DNA of 64,000 nt from Eledone cirrhosa (lineage: Eukaryota): assembly GCA_964016885.1 (NCBI GenBank), contig OZ024742.1, positions 120,032,001-120,096,000 of the forward strand. The letters are read 5' to 3'. The notes below the pieces were generated by a model. It did not search any database. It saw nothing but the letters and a program-made list of their open reading frames with translations, and was not told where the DNA came from. Positions 1-12,649 of this stretch are shown here, piece by piece (the stretch's first letter is position 1; every line of letters starts with the position of its first letter). A program made the position numbers and the translations under genes.

Positions 1-637
1 GTTCTGTGTCTGGACAAAAGCAACACAATCACAATTTCAATGTTCTTTAGAGTAAACTGAAGAGACTTCTATTCAGCAACCACATAAGCAAGATTAAATT
101 TGTTTGAATAGTTTGATATAAAAAAAACCCAAAGTTCTTGAGAATAAACTGGAATTGAATGTGTTGGTCACAGGGTGTGTAAGGGACATATAATTCTTAC
201 ATTAGATTATCAGTTATAATTAAGATCAAATAGAATTTCTGTGATCAAGTAGCTAAAAAATGATAACACAAAAGGTTATAAGTTCAAATCATGTTTACAA
301 ATTCTAATTGCATTGTGTTGTATTCCAAGACATTGTGTAGTGTCCTCAGGCAAAGCTTTGTTTTTCTTTTAGTAGTTTCATCTAAGCTATCTAAGACATA
401 AAATGCCACTCATGTTTCACAATGAAGCAGATAATGATAAGGACATTCAATAGTAGAGTAATTATTTCTCACAATTCATGGTAATTTCTAGATAGACAAA
501 CTTAAGTTTTAAAAAATGCAAGATATAAAAAGAAGATATAAAGTTAAAAAGGGAAAGATTGGTAAATTGTAATAGATTTGTAATTTTGTCAAATACTAAA
601 ACTAGAATGCAATTTTATTTTCATTACTATTAAACTA

Positions 638-830
638 TAGTGGTGGATTGGCAATATTGGTAGAGGGTCGGACGCCATGCTTTGACGCAAAGGGTTACGG
701 CCCTGTCCATTCTGAGTTCAAATCCTGCCGAGGTTAACTTTGCCTTTCATCCTTACAGGGTCAATAAAATAAAGTACCAGTAATGCACTGGGTAATTGCT
801 GGCCTTGTGCCAAAAGTAGAAACAATTATT
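638..830 (+). mobile_element. tRNA-derived SINE, family A (copy 1)
   Basis: TGGATTGGCA..GGTAGAG A-box-like and GAGTTCAAATCC B-box-like motifs. The body CTTTGCCTTTCATCCTTAC..ATAAAATAAAGTACCAGTAATGCACTGGG and the tail GTAGAAACAATTATT are near-identical to the copy at 15129-15312. Confidence 0.8.
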
Positions 831-835
831 ATTAG

Positions 836-1040
836 ACAGCAGTGGATTGACAGTATCAGTAGATCATCAGACAACGTGCTTGCTGCATATAGTTATGTCC
901 CTTTATATTTTGAGTTCAAATCCTGCTGAAGTTAGCTTTGCTTTTCATCCATACAGGGTAGATAAAATAAAGTACCAGTAATGCTCTGAGGTAAATTTAA
1001 TCAACTTTCCCCTCTGCCAAAATCAGAAATCATTATTATT
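836..1040 (+). mobile_element. SINE family A-related copy in tandem behind copy 1 (more diverged, different 3' part)
   Basis: Repeats GTGGATTGACAGTATC..GAGTTCAAATCC..GATAAAATAAAGTACCAGTAATGC immediately after copy 1 and ends in ATTATTATT. Confidence 0.7.
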
Positions 1041-1299
1041 AGACTAATGCAGAAGCAATTATTTACAACCATATGACCAAAAGAAGCTATAACAAGAAAG
1101 TATACACAGTAACAAGATTGATAGCAAGAACCGCAGTAACTAATCACTAACTTCACTATTGTAAACAAAATCATAACATCACACAATACAGAGCTCATTC
1201 TAAAAACACAAGCAAATCGACTGTCATTAACAAAAGTCTACTTGACTCTAAGGGGAAAATTTTCACGTGATGTGGGAATTTTCCCAAAGAACCTGGTTC

Positions 1300-1975
1300 T
1301 CATGAAAGCCTGTACAGTGCACTACATATAAATGGAGTTCCACTGAATCAGGTAGAAAAGTTCAAGTATCTTGGGGTCAGGTTCACGAGTGATGGAAGGC
1401 AAGAGGCTAAATTAAGTGCAAGTATTGTAGGTGTTGGGGCAGTAATGCGCCAGCTTCAGCATTCAGTAATCAGAAGAAGGGAGGTAGGTATAAAAGCCAA
1501 ACTCACTATCTTCAATTTGGTGTTCATGCTGACCCTTACCTATGGTCATGAATCTTGGGTAATGACTGAAAGTATACGGTCGTGAATACAACTGGCTGGA
1601 ATGGGTTTTTTCCAAAGGGTCTTTGGAGTAACGTTACTTTGTAGAGTGCGTAGTTCAGAGATCAAAGAGTCACTCCAAATAGAGCCGCTACTTCTACAAA
1701 TTAAGAGATCACAGCTCCGATACTATGGTCATGTTGTTAAAATGTATCAAGAAAGAATTACTGGACAGATTTTACGAGCAAAACCAACCGGCAGGAGACC
1801 CAGGGGTAGACTCCCAGCAAGATGATTAGATAATATCCATGAACATGGCTTGTCTCGCTTGGGGATCCAGCCGGATCAGTTGGAGACGGTTGATTCTGAC
1901 AGGACCCACTGGAGGGAGTGTTTGAGGACTTTGCCCCAACGACCCTCTTAGGAATAAGTAGGTGAAGAAGAATAA
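1300..1975 (+). mobile_element. RTE-clade LINE 3' fragment (Rex3/Expander-like), decayed
   Basis: Translation VEKFKYLGVRFTSDG...LTYGHESWVMTE...RVRSSEIKESLQIEPLLLQIKRSQLRYYGHV...PTGRRPRGR matches the C-terminus of RTE ORF2 of the Rex3/Expander type. In-frame stops are present. Confidence 0.85.
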
Positions 1976-2193
1976 GAACCTTTTGGAGAGGCCTTTTAAA
2001 GATGCTTTTTCCCTAGACAAGAAGACTACATTACTTATTCTTTGAATACAAGGTATATAGCCTCTCACTTTTTCCTCTAAACAACATGACTGTACTAATA
2101 GAAGTGGTTCAATAAATGCATGTGAGCCAGAGATGGCCTGGAACCAAGGTTACTTTACAGTCTATTTTACTTGTGATATGATATTAACCTATA

Positions 2194-2231
2194 CTAGCAG
2201 AAAAACCACCCGAAGGGTGGTTTTCTGCTAG
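2194..2231. repeat. Near-perfect hairpin CTAGCAGAAAAACCACCC-GAA-GGGTGGTTTTCTGCTAG; possible 3' end of a minus-strand non-autonomous Helitron
   Basis: 17-bp stem with one bulged A and a 3-nt loop, read directly. On the minus strand it ends hairpin...CTAG|T, as Helitron 3' ends do. Confidence 0.5.
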
Positions 2232-3519
2232 CATGTGTAGTGTGTATATTGATATTATACACAAGTATATATACATGTAGATATGATACATCAAATAAAA
2301 TCGTAATTGACAATATAAACTGAAATTGAACGAAGACGTTGTTACACCACTGTCTTATGTAATCAGTAACGTAATCCATGATACATTAAAAAAAGACAAT
2401 ATTATATATAAACTGCATTAGGAGAAAATTAGTGACAGAAAATTAGTATGTTTATTTGAGTGATCGCCACCGGAAGTGTTGACATCACACACTCTCTCTT
2501 TCTATATATATGGTAGTTGAAGTGGTGGTGGTGGCAACGATATACCGGAAGTGCAACTTTGAAAAGAAGTCAATTTTAAATTATTTATTTTTACTAATTT
2601 GGTAGATAAATTATGTAATATTCATTCACTATTTATTCAAAGTATCCAACTTATTTTACTAACGGGATAAAAAAATATAAAATGTACACAGTCCTGCAGA
2701 CCCTCCTTTATTATAGTTTAGATTCCTTACTTTTAACATTTGTAGCAATATGTCAGTGTTCAAAATGACCTGAAAGAATGGTAAAGTTATTGTTGATAAG
2801 CTAGGAATATGTTACCATATTTTTTTAATTAAGAACTAAATCAAGAGAAGAGTCCATTGGCTAAACTCTAAAATATTGTTGGTATTACTATAACTTATTT
2901 TATCAAAAATACACTGTAAAAATCTACAGGTATAGCTCTCTACTATCTCTACCAATTCCAATTATTTTATCCATTATGATAAATTTGAAGTGATTTTGTT
3001 TTTATTTTTAATCAACATTGAAATAAAGAAAAGTTATGAAGAACCAAGTTCGAAGATTACATGACAAAGAACTTTCCTTATGAAGGCTTGAGAAAAAGGA
3101 AAATAAAGACAGAGAAAAAAAAATGAATGTGAATGTTAATCACCTTTCAACATCAAATAACTTTCAATTATTGAAGACTTCCTTAATGATGACTCTTCAA
3201 TAAATTATATTCTTCAGAATTTCTTTAACATGCAAATAGCTAAACTAATACTAACTCTAATGTGTCATAGTCACACAATTTGCATGAAGTGAAGTATCAA
3301 ACTTCATATAATTGATGACAGTATTAGAAGTGAAAAAAAAAGAAATAGAAGAATGGAAACATTTTCCAGCCAGATGAATAAATTACAAAATGCTTCAAGA
3401 TCATCCATAAGTATTAACGAAAACTTTAAAGATATGGAAAAAGAGAAGAGACTTGAAATGCTGTATATACTATGCAGAGAAATGCTGATAATATTATATA
3501 TCTATGGCATTCAATAGTG

Positions 3520-3830
3520 AAAGTGCATGCCTTAGTGGTTAGAGTATTACACTCATTATTATGAGAATGTGAGTTTGATTCCTGGACTGGGTGATGTGTT
3601 GTGTCTTTGAGCAAGACACTCAATTTTACATTGCCCCAGTTCATTCAGCCAGAAAAATGAGTTGTGCTGTCACTAGTGCTAAGCTGTATTGGCTTTAGCC
3701 TTCCCTTGGACAAGATTGGTGGCATGGAAAGAGCATATCAGTATCATCCATGAGTGATTGCTGGTCTTCCACAAAAACGCCTTGCCTAGGTCTGTGTCTC
3801 AGAGGGGGAACTTTCTAGGTACAAATCCCA
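3520..3830 (+). mobile_element. tRNA-head SINE with CORE-like central domain
   Basis: CCTTAGTGGTTAGAG and GAGTTTGATTCC boxes, then TGTCTTTGAGCAAGACACT...CAGC.AGAAAAATGAGT (MIR/CORE-like). The head is shared with 16268-16533 and 17020-17291. Confidence 0.65.
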
Positions 3831-3913
3831 TTTCTGCCCTATCATGATGTAACTGAATAGTCACTTGTGTTGCTATAGTTATAGTAATATTTGAAAGTAT
3901 AGTTACACTATAT

Positions 3914-4440
3914 TGTGGGCCCTGTTTGTGAGGCGAGCCTTTCCGAGACTCGTCTCACTCACCGAGCTGCAATCCTGGGTCAAGCAAAGACCGAGAAAAG
4001 TGGGCGACTGGCACATTGAATGTGCCCAGGCGCTCACGGCCCTCTGGCAAGCGGATCCGGCAATCAGTTGAGACTCAACCTCAACATTCTATAGAGGGTT
4101 GGTGCGCAGTAAGTGCGACGACGCTCTCGGAGAGGCTCTGGGCATGGAGGAAGACGAGCTGGCCAGTCTGTTCGGTAGGACGTTTGGCCCGGGACCGATG
4201 GACAATTTCCAAAAGTCCCTAGCTTGGCAATGTTACCGAGGATCTCTACCCGTTCGGGACAAGCTCTACAGACAAGGGCGCCCGGGTAGGGACCCCTCGG
4301 AGAAGATCTGTCCGAGATGCGTGCGTGACGAGGAAACGGTCGCACACGCATTCATACACTGCCCAGGCGTTACTGACCTGTGGGGCTATGTGGAGCGACT
4401 ACTGTCGCGGGTGGGACCAATCCGGTTGACCACCGAGATC
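3914..4440 (+). mobile_element. Tx1/L1-clade LINE ORF2 C-terminal fragment (zf-RVT CCHC zinc-binding region)
   Basis: ORF 4099-4500 reads LAWQCYRGSLPVRDKL...ICPRC...ETVAHAFIHCP...LW, the C-x2-C..E-T-x2-H-x4-C signature of zf-RVT. The segment is a sharply bounded GC- and CpG-rich island. Confidence 0.8.
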
Positions 4441-4723
4441 TTTGGCAACTGGTATTTATTTCTGGTTCCTATAATATTAAGTGAACAAGAAATAAATTGA
4501 TCTTTGGATGGGATACTAGCTGATCACAGGTAGCTTTCCTATAGAAGAAATAGGACTCTATCCAATAAAACACTTAATTAATTGGTAGTTCCACAGTACT
4601 AACACTTTTTGTAGCAGTTAATTATACCACCTATGACACCTACTTAGAAAATGGTTGAGTGGTATACCAAGAGCTATATGTTTCAGCTATGGATGGACAC
4701 ATAAGCAATGCTACCTACAACAT

Positions 4724-4939
4724 TTAACCCTTTAGCATTTACATTACTCTATATATACTATTATATTTTCACAGTAAAGGCTTTACCTAACATAATATTG
4801 AATCTATGAGATTTTGATATTGTTTATTTTGAGAACATTACCTTAACATCAGTAGGAGTGGCCAGTTACGGCTGGTTTGAACAGAAAAAGGGGAGAGAAT
4901 TCTGGCCGGATACGGCCGATTTAAATGCTAATGGGTTAA
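4724..4939. mobile_element. TTAA-flanked MITE family P1 (piggyBac-like), copy 1
   Basis: Ends are TTAA-CCCTTTAGCATTTA ... TAAATGCTAATGGG-TTAA. Reverse-oriented homologues lie at 31697-31909 and 60379-60601. Confidence 0.8.
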
Positions 4940-5311
4940 AGCACTAATCTTTTATCCAGTTTTCTCATGCTCTATCATTCTAAATAGCCACTCTGTTAGT
5001 TACACTGCATTGGGTATTTATGTTTTACAAAACTGGGACATTGTCTAATTGTAATTATATGATATCTGAGTAAATATATCAAACACTATGATGTAACCAT
5101 ACTATTGCCATGTCCCTACATAGCACCACACTAACATACCTGTGTGAATGTTGTATAACTGCAATATAAATATATGGTTCTCTCTTCCAGAAAACTACAA
5201 CGCTAGTTACATTTCCAAGGAACTACAATATGCTTTGCTTCTTCAGGTAATAGCATAATTTTCATTTCAAGGTAATTATAACAGAAACTAAAGTTCTTTA
5301 GAGAAATCACA

Positions 5312-5572
5312 TTAACTCTAACTGTTTTGATACAAAGCCACCTAAAATTCACCCTGGTTCTACAAACTATTTATTTTAAAGTGTTTATATTTATCTAAAA
5401 ACATTCTAGTATAATTTTATGCAAGAAACTTTATTAAGTTATGCCCCAGATACCAGTTTAAAAATGAAAAAGTTAGTTAAACTATTAAATGCCTCCAAAG
5501 ACTAAATTTTCAAAATTATTTGAAAATTACAAGCAGTGTTTTTCATAAGAAATGTGGTAATGAAAAAGTTAA
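5312..5572. mobile_element. TTAA-flanked MITE family P2, decayed
   Basis: TTAAC..TTTTGATAC..CCTAAAATTCACCCTGGTTC ... TGGTAATGAAAAAG-TTAA. Similar to 61350-61601 and, inverted, to 12370-12595 and 15736-15957. Confidence 0.6.
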
Positions 5573-6727
5573 ATACTTCACAACGTCAACGAAATAAAAC
5601 TACAGTACCATCACAGTATAAGAAACAAAATTTTGCCACTTCAAGTGACTGAGTTTTAAAAAGTTGTTAGAACAAATTGAAAGCGTCCATTTATATATAG
5701 ATTAGAATTTCAACTTCATGAAAAATAAATCCTAATACAATCCCAAATGAAAATAACTTTTTTCAGTCTTTCCAATAGGAAAAATAAAATTAAAAACTAG
5801 TAACATAGAGATACAAAGTTTCCATTACATGCTAAGCTTATTTCACTATTTTGTTTCAAGGACAATAAAGTTAGCACAGATTGTTAAAAAAAAAATATTA
5901 ACTAATTGCTTTGCAGTTGAAGAGTACTTCACAGTCCTAAGTTCAGAAACTGCCAAGTTGACTTAGTTTTCCATTTCTTTCATATCTAAACACATTTGAA
6001 ATTGATTTTGTGTTTTCTTTTTTTTCTAAATTCTAGTAGATGGTATCTAGAGTAAGATCAAGAAGTAAACTAAAAACTATAATTTATAGTTAATAGAGGA
6101 AATGTCAAATAGTAGATATAAAGAGAAACAATTTTGTAATTATGCTTCATACATGTCTGCATAAAATAGCTTCCATATATTAATGGAACTGATGGCACAA
6201 TTATCAATAAATCAGTAGGTGTAGACTAACACTAGAAATGTTACACAGTCTATTACAAAATAATAAACATTATATATCTTTAAAGGTTTGGTAGGAAAGA
6301 AGGAGTTAAAGCCATGGATTTCACAGGCTTTCTGAGATTGGTAAGATCAATTCAGGTGTTTTTCTTAAACAGCTGTAATTAGATGGCTGTAAGAAAAACA
6401 AACAAATTCCAGTGGGAAGAAATTCTAAGAGGAAGGACTAGGAAAAATGGTTAGTATGGGACTTAGGGGTAGCGTAGATAATTTGGGCAATAAGACAAAG
6501 GAGAGAAATGAGATGAGACTGCCTGACTGGAAATAGCCTGAGATGAGTCAAACTTTGAGAAGCAGAAGCCAATGTAGTAGCAACACAGGAGGTAAAGTGA
6601 AGACACAGCACATCTATGAGTCAGAAATAGATATGTGTTGGTGAGTAACTTCATGCTACTCAGTAGAAAGAAATGTGAAATAAGTGTCGAAGGGCATGGT
6701 AAATAATTTAAAATATTCTGAAACAAT

Positions 6728-6772
6728 ACATCATCATCATTTTACGTCCGCTTTTCCCTGCTTGCAAGGGTT
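6728..6772 (-). mobile_element. Extremely 5'-truncated RTE 3' tail
   Basis: CATCATCATTTTACGTCCGCTTTTCCCTGCTTGCAAG is near-identical to the 3' end of the RTE at 8738-9572. Confidence 0.7.
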
Positions 6773-8312
6773 CCACGCATATAAATATTTACAATTTAAT
6801 TGAAACACATTGGTGCTGTATAGATTGTTAAAGATACTATAGAACCTTTCAGTATGAGATGATGAATAATATCTATGGCTTTGTGGGCGTTTATTTTGGA
6901 GTTACTGGGCTAACTCAGCACAAACAGACATATATTTAGAAATATGTATAAGATATATAAATATATTTTGGTGTTATTGAGCTAATTCAGCAGAGACAGA
7001 CCTGTATTCAGAAACATGTATTAGCTATGTAAATATGTATAGAAATATGTATTAGGTATATAAATATATTCTACTTATAAAAGGTATTTAATTTCATCTT
7101 GTGCTGTAAAAACTGCTTCAAAAATATTTCTTTCTAACACAGGGTTTTTGTATTATGGACTTTTAGCACGATTTAGGAAACACCTACAATTATAAGTTTT
7201 TTTTTTATATTCTCAAGAGAATAATTTGCAATAAAATAATAACTTACAAAAAAAATATGATTATATACAAAGATATTATAAATAGAAATGTTGCTTCTCA
7301 TAACTATGAATTTAAATGTGGTTAAAGGATATTGTATGGGTACACAGCATAAAGACATATAGAGAATAAGACATGACATTCTTAAACTAACAATTAGTAT
7401 ATTCTGCATGGCAGTAGAAAATACAGTGTATTGATTGGCAGCTTTGATTTATCAACCAGATGAAGAATTGTATGTATGTATGTATGTATGTGTATATGTA
7501 CACACATTTCTTGAGCTGAAGTTAATTCTTAACCTGCATCTGATATTATAAAATGTAACAATATTGATTTTTTTTCATCACCTAGCTTTAATCGTGAAAA
7601 GAAAAAGAAAATATTTTGAAAGGTGAATTATTATTTATGGTTATCTCCAATGGTTACAAGTAATATTCATTTGGAAAGATTGTACTCAACATACACTGAA
7701 AAATGAAACCCTTTCACTGATAGTTTATATTAGGAGGTTTCAAATTCACATGCATCTATCTTGTGAATTATGATCAGAAGAAATTAAGGATGGATAAAAG
7801 GAAATATAAGTAAACAAAAACTATTTTGATTGTCAGCTATTACAATAAATCGACTAAATAATTTATACCATGCTTAGATTTCTTCATTTTATAAAAAAGT
7901 TTCTAGCTTCAAATCAAAACAGATAATTGCTAATATAGTTATATTCTAGACAGTTTAAAAATGATCAAAATAAAATAGTTATAGCCTTCTTTTACTGGTT
8001 TGCTATTTTCCTCTCGGTGTAGTGCGAATGACACAAATTACTTTTCATTTAAATCAAAGGTAAGAAAATATGCTATCAAATATTACTGTTCTCTAACTTT
8101 AATCTATCTATCTATCTATCTACCAATCTATCTACATATTTTTCTACTCACCCCCCACCCTATCTATCTAATTACATCTTTACCTGTATGTCTGTTTGAC
8201 TGACTGACTGTCAATCTATAGCTATCTATGTATATATATTTACCCCTGTATCTATTTGTGGACAATAACTAAGCAAAAATTTCAATAGCAGCCCCAAAAG
8301 ATATATATATAT

Positions 8313-8353
<41 letters not shown>

Positions 8354-8670
8354 ACAAAGCCATCGTAATTTAGTGCATATATGTTTGATAATGATTAAAG
8401 AGAATACAGCAAAACATATTTTAATTGATTTAAATGAATGTAAAATGAAATATGGTGATGGTCAGAGTGATAAGAGGGAGTGGGTCAAGGAAAATCAAGG
8501 ATTCAAACATCTTTACATAGAATGTTGTAATCAAGGAATTATTAAATTAAATAATTTGTACATTGCCCAATGGATGGTTGAAGAGGAAGATGATAGATGC
8601 TTTTGTTCATTTGTTCCACATAATGAAAAAAAAAAAATTTTTTTTTTTACATGCACAAGTTTTCCATCTA

Positions 8671-8672
<2 letters not shown>

Positions 8673-8738
<66 letters not shown>
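8673..8738. repeat. (TA)n microsatellite
   Basis: Pure TA run abutting the RTE tail. An (AG)n run also lies at ~8317-8349. Confidence 0.95.
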
Positions 8739-8741
<3 letters not shown>

Positions 8742-9572
8742 TCATCATCATTTTACGTCTGCTTTTCCCTGCTTGCAAGAGTTGGATGGGTCCTATTCAG
8801 CACAGCATCTCTCCACTTGTCACGGTCCTTCGTCATCTCCTTGGTGAGTTTCAGCGATCTGAGGTCTGCTCTCACCACCTCCGCCCATGTTTTTTGTGGT
8901 CTTTCTCTACTGGAATTTCTTGGCACTTCTTTACCATGCACATCACATGTCCATACCATCTCAGTCTTCTCTCCTGCACACCACAACTTATCCCTCTTAT
9001 ACCCAGTTTCTTTCTCAACTCATCTATGCTTGGTCATTCACGCACATTGACATTGTACATCCAACGGAGCATACTTGCTTCATTTCTCTCAAGCCATCGC
9101 ATAACTTCTGCAGTTGCTGCCTATGTCTCACTACCATGCAGCATCGTGCATCTCACACAGGCATCATATAACCGTCCTTTCGTACGCAGGGAGAAACCCT
9201 TCTATTTCAACAGAGGAAGCAGTTCCCTAAACTTCTTCCAACCCGTCCTTATTCTAGATACTATGGCCTCGGAACCCCCACCCCCCGCATGCTAATCTGA
9301 TCACCTAGGTACTGGAAGCTATCAACCACTTCTATAGAACCCACCTGCATTGGAAAAATGTGTCTATCACTGCGATTACTACTGCCAACTTTCCTTGTAC
9401 ATCTACTGCATACATAGTTTTCCCTACCTATTAGTTTGCCTGCTATCCCACTACATCTCTTGTGTACCCAAGATCTGCATTGCGTACATTTTATGGAATT
9501 TATGCCAGTTCCTTTCCTACATATCGAACATGGCCATTTCCCTGATGGAATCAGAGTATTGTCCTCTCTTCT
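8738..9572 (-). mobile_element. RTE-type LINE 3' portion with a PHD-type (C4HC3) finger in ORF2, (GAT)n tail
   Basis: Minus-strand translation WPCSICRKG..SIKCTQCRSWVHKRCSG...YVCSRC...EVVDSFQYLGDQIS...RIRTGWKKFRELLPLL...KGRLYDACVR..MLHGSET...ERRLRWYGHV, with stops and frameshifts. Confidence 0.85.
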
Positions 9573-10709
9573 ACTTATGTGTGTGTGTATATACATATAT
9601 AGAGATATGTAGTGGCCAACAGCTATGTCCATAATAAAAAAAAACTACATCTATCCATTTATATATCTATCTACATATCTATCTATCTATGTTGCTCTTT
9701 GTCTAAACTTTTGTGTGTCTGACTGATTGTCTGCCAATCAAGGGGTACAGTGGATTAAAACAAAAACAGTACTATTCAGTACTATCTTTGTCTTATAATA
9801 ATTAGTTATTGTTGTGTTTTGTTTCTATAACATATTGAATTGTATTGAATTATTTGTCAAATATCTAATCTACCCCAACTCCTTGAAATAAAATGATGGA
9901 TACTATTTTTGCATTTATTCGCAATTTATTTAAAATATCTAATTAAAAATTTATAGTATTTCACATTATGGTTGCTGCTAGTGATTATATAATAACAACA
10001 ACAAATAAATGTTGTTTTCTTAAACTTTGATTTGATTTCTACTGGAAAAAAATACTAATTTATCTCTTCTCAATTTTGTAACAATATCTTGTTCTCTTCT
10101 TTCTAAATTTGTTCATAATCCTGCTTTAAAATTTGTTCATTTGTTTTGCTGTTGTTCAATTTCCATTCAAAGCAAAAATGAACATATTTTATATTTACAC
10201 AAATGGAAGTATTCCTATCTTAACTGCTTTACTATCATATACACCTCTTTACATCTAGTTAGTGCAAAGAAGAGTTTTTATTAGGGTGTGGGGGATAGAA
10301 ACAAGAACAACATCAGTAAAAGCAGTGCGGAAAAAAGTGAATGAGTACAGAATTTCTACTAATTATTAATTTGACAATGGCTATGTCTTTTAAAAAATTG
10401 CCATTTTTATAAGCATACTTCTGGTCTACAACAACTATCTATCCAATTATGTCTATTATTTCATTGATTTTTCTTAGTTTAGTTCTTGCTGACCATATGT
10501 CACTACTTCATCTTTCACTCAAATCTCACTACCATAAAATGCTAGAAAATAGCAATTCCCATCAAGTATACACCACTAAATCTCATATTGTCTAAATCAC
10601 TACAATTATCTTTGGTGGTGAATTAGTACATTACATGGCTTTGTTTTTTTAACATGTTGCACATCTGTCTCCTCATCCCAACTATTAATATAAACATGTA
10701 TATGCGCAT

Positions 10710-10721
10710 GTGTCTGTGTGT

Positions 10722-10772
<51 letters not shown>

Positions 10773-10844
10773 CGTTAAACAATGGTATATATATATATAT
10801 ATATACCATTGTTTAACGTCCATGTTCTACGCTGGCATGGGTTA

Positions 10845-10893
<49 letters not shown>
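10710..10893. repeat. (GT)n - palindrome - RTE-type tail - (GT)n composite
   Basis: Two GT runs flank a 48-bp perfect palindrome (10772-10819) and a short retro-tail CCATTGTTTAACGTCCATGTTCTACGCTGGCATGGGTTAGACG. Confidence 0.85.
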
Positions 10894-10896
<3 letters not shown>

Positions 10897-12369
10897 CTAT
10901 ATATACACACATACACATAAATAGATAGAAAGAGAGAGGGAGAGAAAAGGAGGATGAGTGGATAAAAAGAGAGGGGAGTGAAGAAAAGAAAACCATGAGA
11001 TAAAGAGGCGTAGAGATTGGTTAAAGGTAAGCAGCTGCAATGCCAGGTGGAGGCTTTCTTGGTTTGGGTAACTGAAATAATGTATGTTAGTGGCATCAGT
11101 GCAGTAGAATAATAATAGATTGGTGATTATTTCAGCAGATATTATGGAAAATGGAGAATGTTGAGTCGATAGGAAATGAAACAGTTGAGAGGTTATCTTT
11201 AACATTACAGTGTCACTGGTCAACACACTTAACTCTCAAGTGCTACAGTATACCAAGTTATAAATATGTGCTGCAGAAAAAGAACAACTTGTTTTATAGT
11301 GGTAGTATCACTGCAAATTAGACCAGTGTTTTGTAAGCTTCAAGTACTAAGTTCAAATCAATGTATTCTGAACAACAGCTTAGAGTTGGACAGTTTATAC
11401 TAAATTCCTTTTCTCTTTCCCTATATACAGTATATGAAAATAAAATCTGTTACCCAATGGATTTTCAGACTTACTCACTGCTCCTCAAAACATAGAATCA
11501 GTTGACATAGGTAGGTATATAACTTAACTGTGTTAGTCTTAACAGAACATTTAGTTATTTATCATGAAGAATAATTCTAATTATATCTCAGCACTTACTG
11601 TCATTTGCCCTATTTCCATTTTGTTTTTATCTATTAAAGGATCCTGAGATGCCCTTCACTTAATGATGTCCATACAACACAATAGGTTATATGTTTTATA
11701 ACTACTTGAATACATAGAAAAATAAAGAAACATATATAAAAAGGAAAGAAGAAAGAAGTTGACAAATAAAATACCCCCCCACCTCTAATTAAGTATTGTC
11801 ACAGAAAAGAAAACAATAAAAAAAATTTGGTTCATTGTCAAATTCAGTTATCTCAGCAAATGATTCTCATTTTACTTTCAATTAGATGCTAATGAGAAGA
11901 GACATTAGATGTGAGTTTGGAATGTTCTTAGTGTGTGTACCTGTATGTGCTTATGTGAGAAGTATGAAGTATTCATTGTTCACAAAACTCAACGTAATTA
12001 ATCATAGAATGTATTTTAAAGCTATGTCAAAAAGTAAAATATCTCAAAAAATATCAAGCAGCACTCTCAAGGTTTCAGATAATGTGTCAATAAACACTGT
12101 TCAGCTATCATGCCAAACCAAATAAATGAAATTTCTTTTCCCCAGTGACATAATTATCAACAAAATAATTTAGAAACACTGGATGTATATGAACATAAAA
12201 TTATCTATGCAATCATGATTTCCCAAGTCAGAACATCTGTCTGATTAAAGATTGAACTGAGAAAATAAAAATTTTAGTTAACACAATAAAATTGCAGTCT
12301 AAAAGATACAGAGTGAATTTCACATTAATTTCATTCTCATTTCTTTCTTTTGAATGTTGATAATCTTCT

Positions 12370-12595
12370 TCAACCCTTTTGTTACCATAATTCTAATGAA
12401 GAACATTGCCAACAATTTGCTATTAATTATGAAAAAGGATAATAAATTTAGAGGGATTTAGTAATATAACCAATTTTCTCATTAAGCTGGTTCTTACATG
12501 AGTTTTTTTTTGATAAATATAAACACTTTAATATAAAAAGTTTTGTGTTATGAAACCAGTTATGGTTTCAGGCAGTTTAGTATCAAGAGGGTTAA
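12370..12595. mobile_element. MITE family P2 copy, ~55 nt from the GALNT exon donor
   Basis: TCAA-CCCTTTTGTTACCAT ... AGTATCAAGAGGG-TTAA. Confidence 0.65.
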
Positions 12596-12649
12596 AAAAA
12601 TTGTCTTCAAGAGTTTAAATTATACAAAATGAATAAAGTTGAACTTTAC

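Noticed and set aside
11431-11510. Plus-strand exon-like segment (pyrimidine tract-cag ... AG|gtaggt)
   Set aside because: Stops in all three frames and no partner exons seen. Only a non-coding antisense exon would remain possible, and nothing supports that.
1-12649. Next GALNT exon (expected GLIRARL..G...FLDAHCE motif)
   Set aside because: Not found by eye. GATGCATGTGAA near 7745-7756 (minus) reads DACE without the His or flanking motifs, so the exon probably lies beyond the window start.
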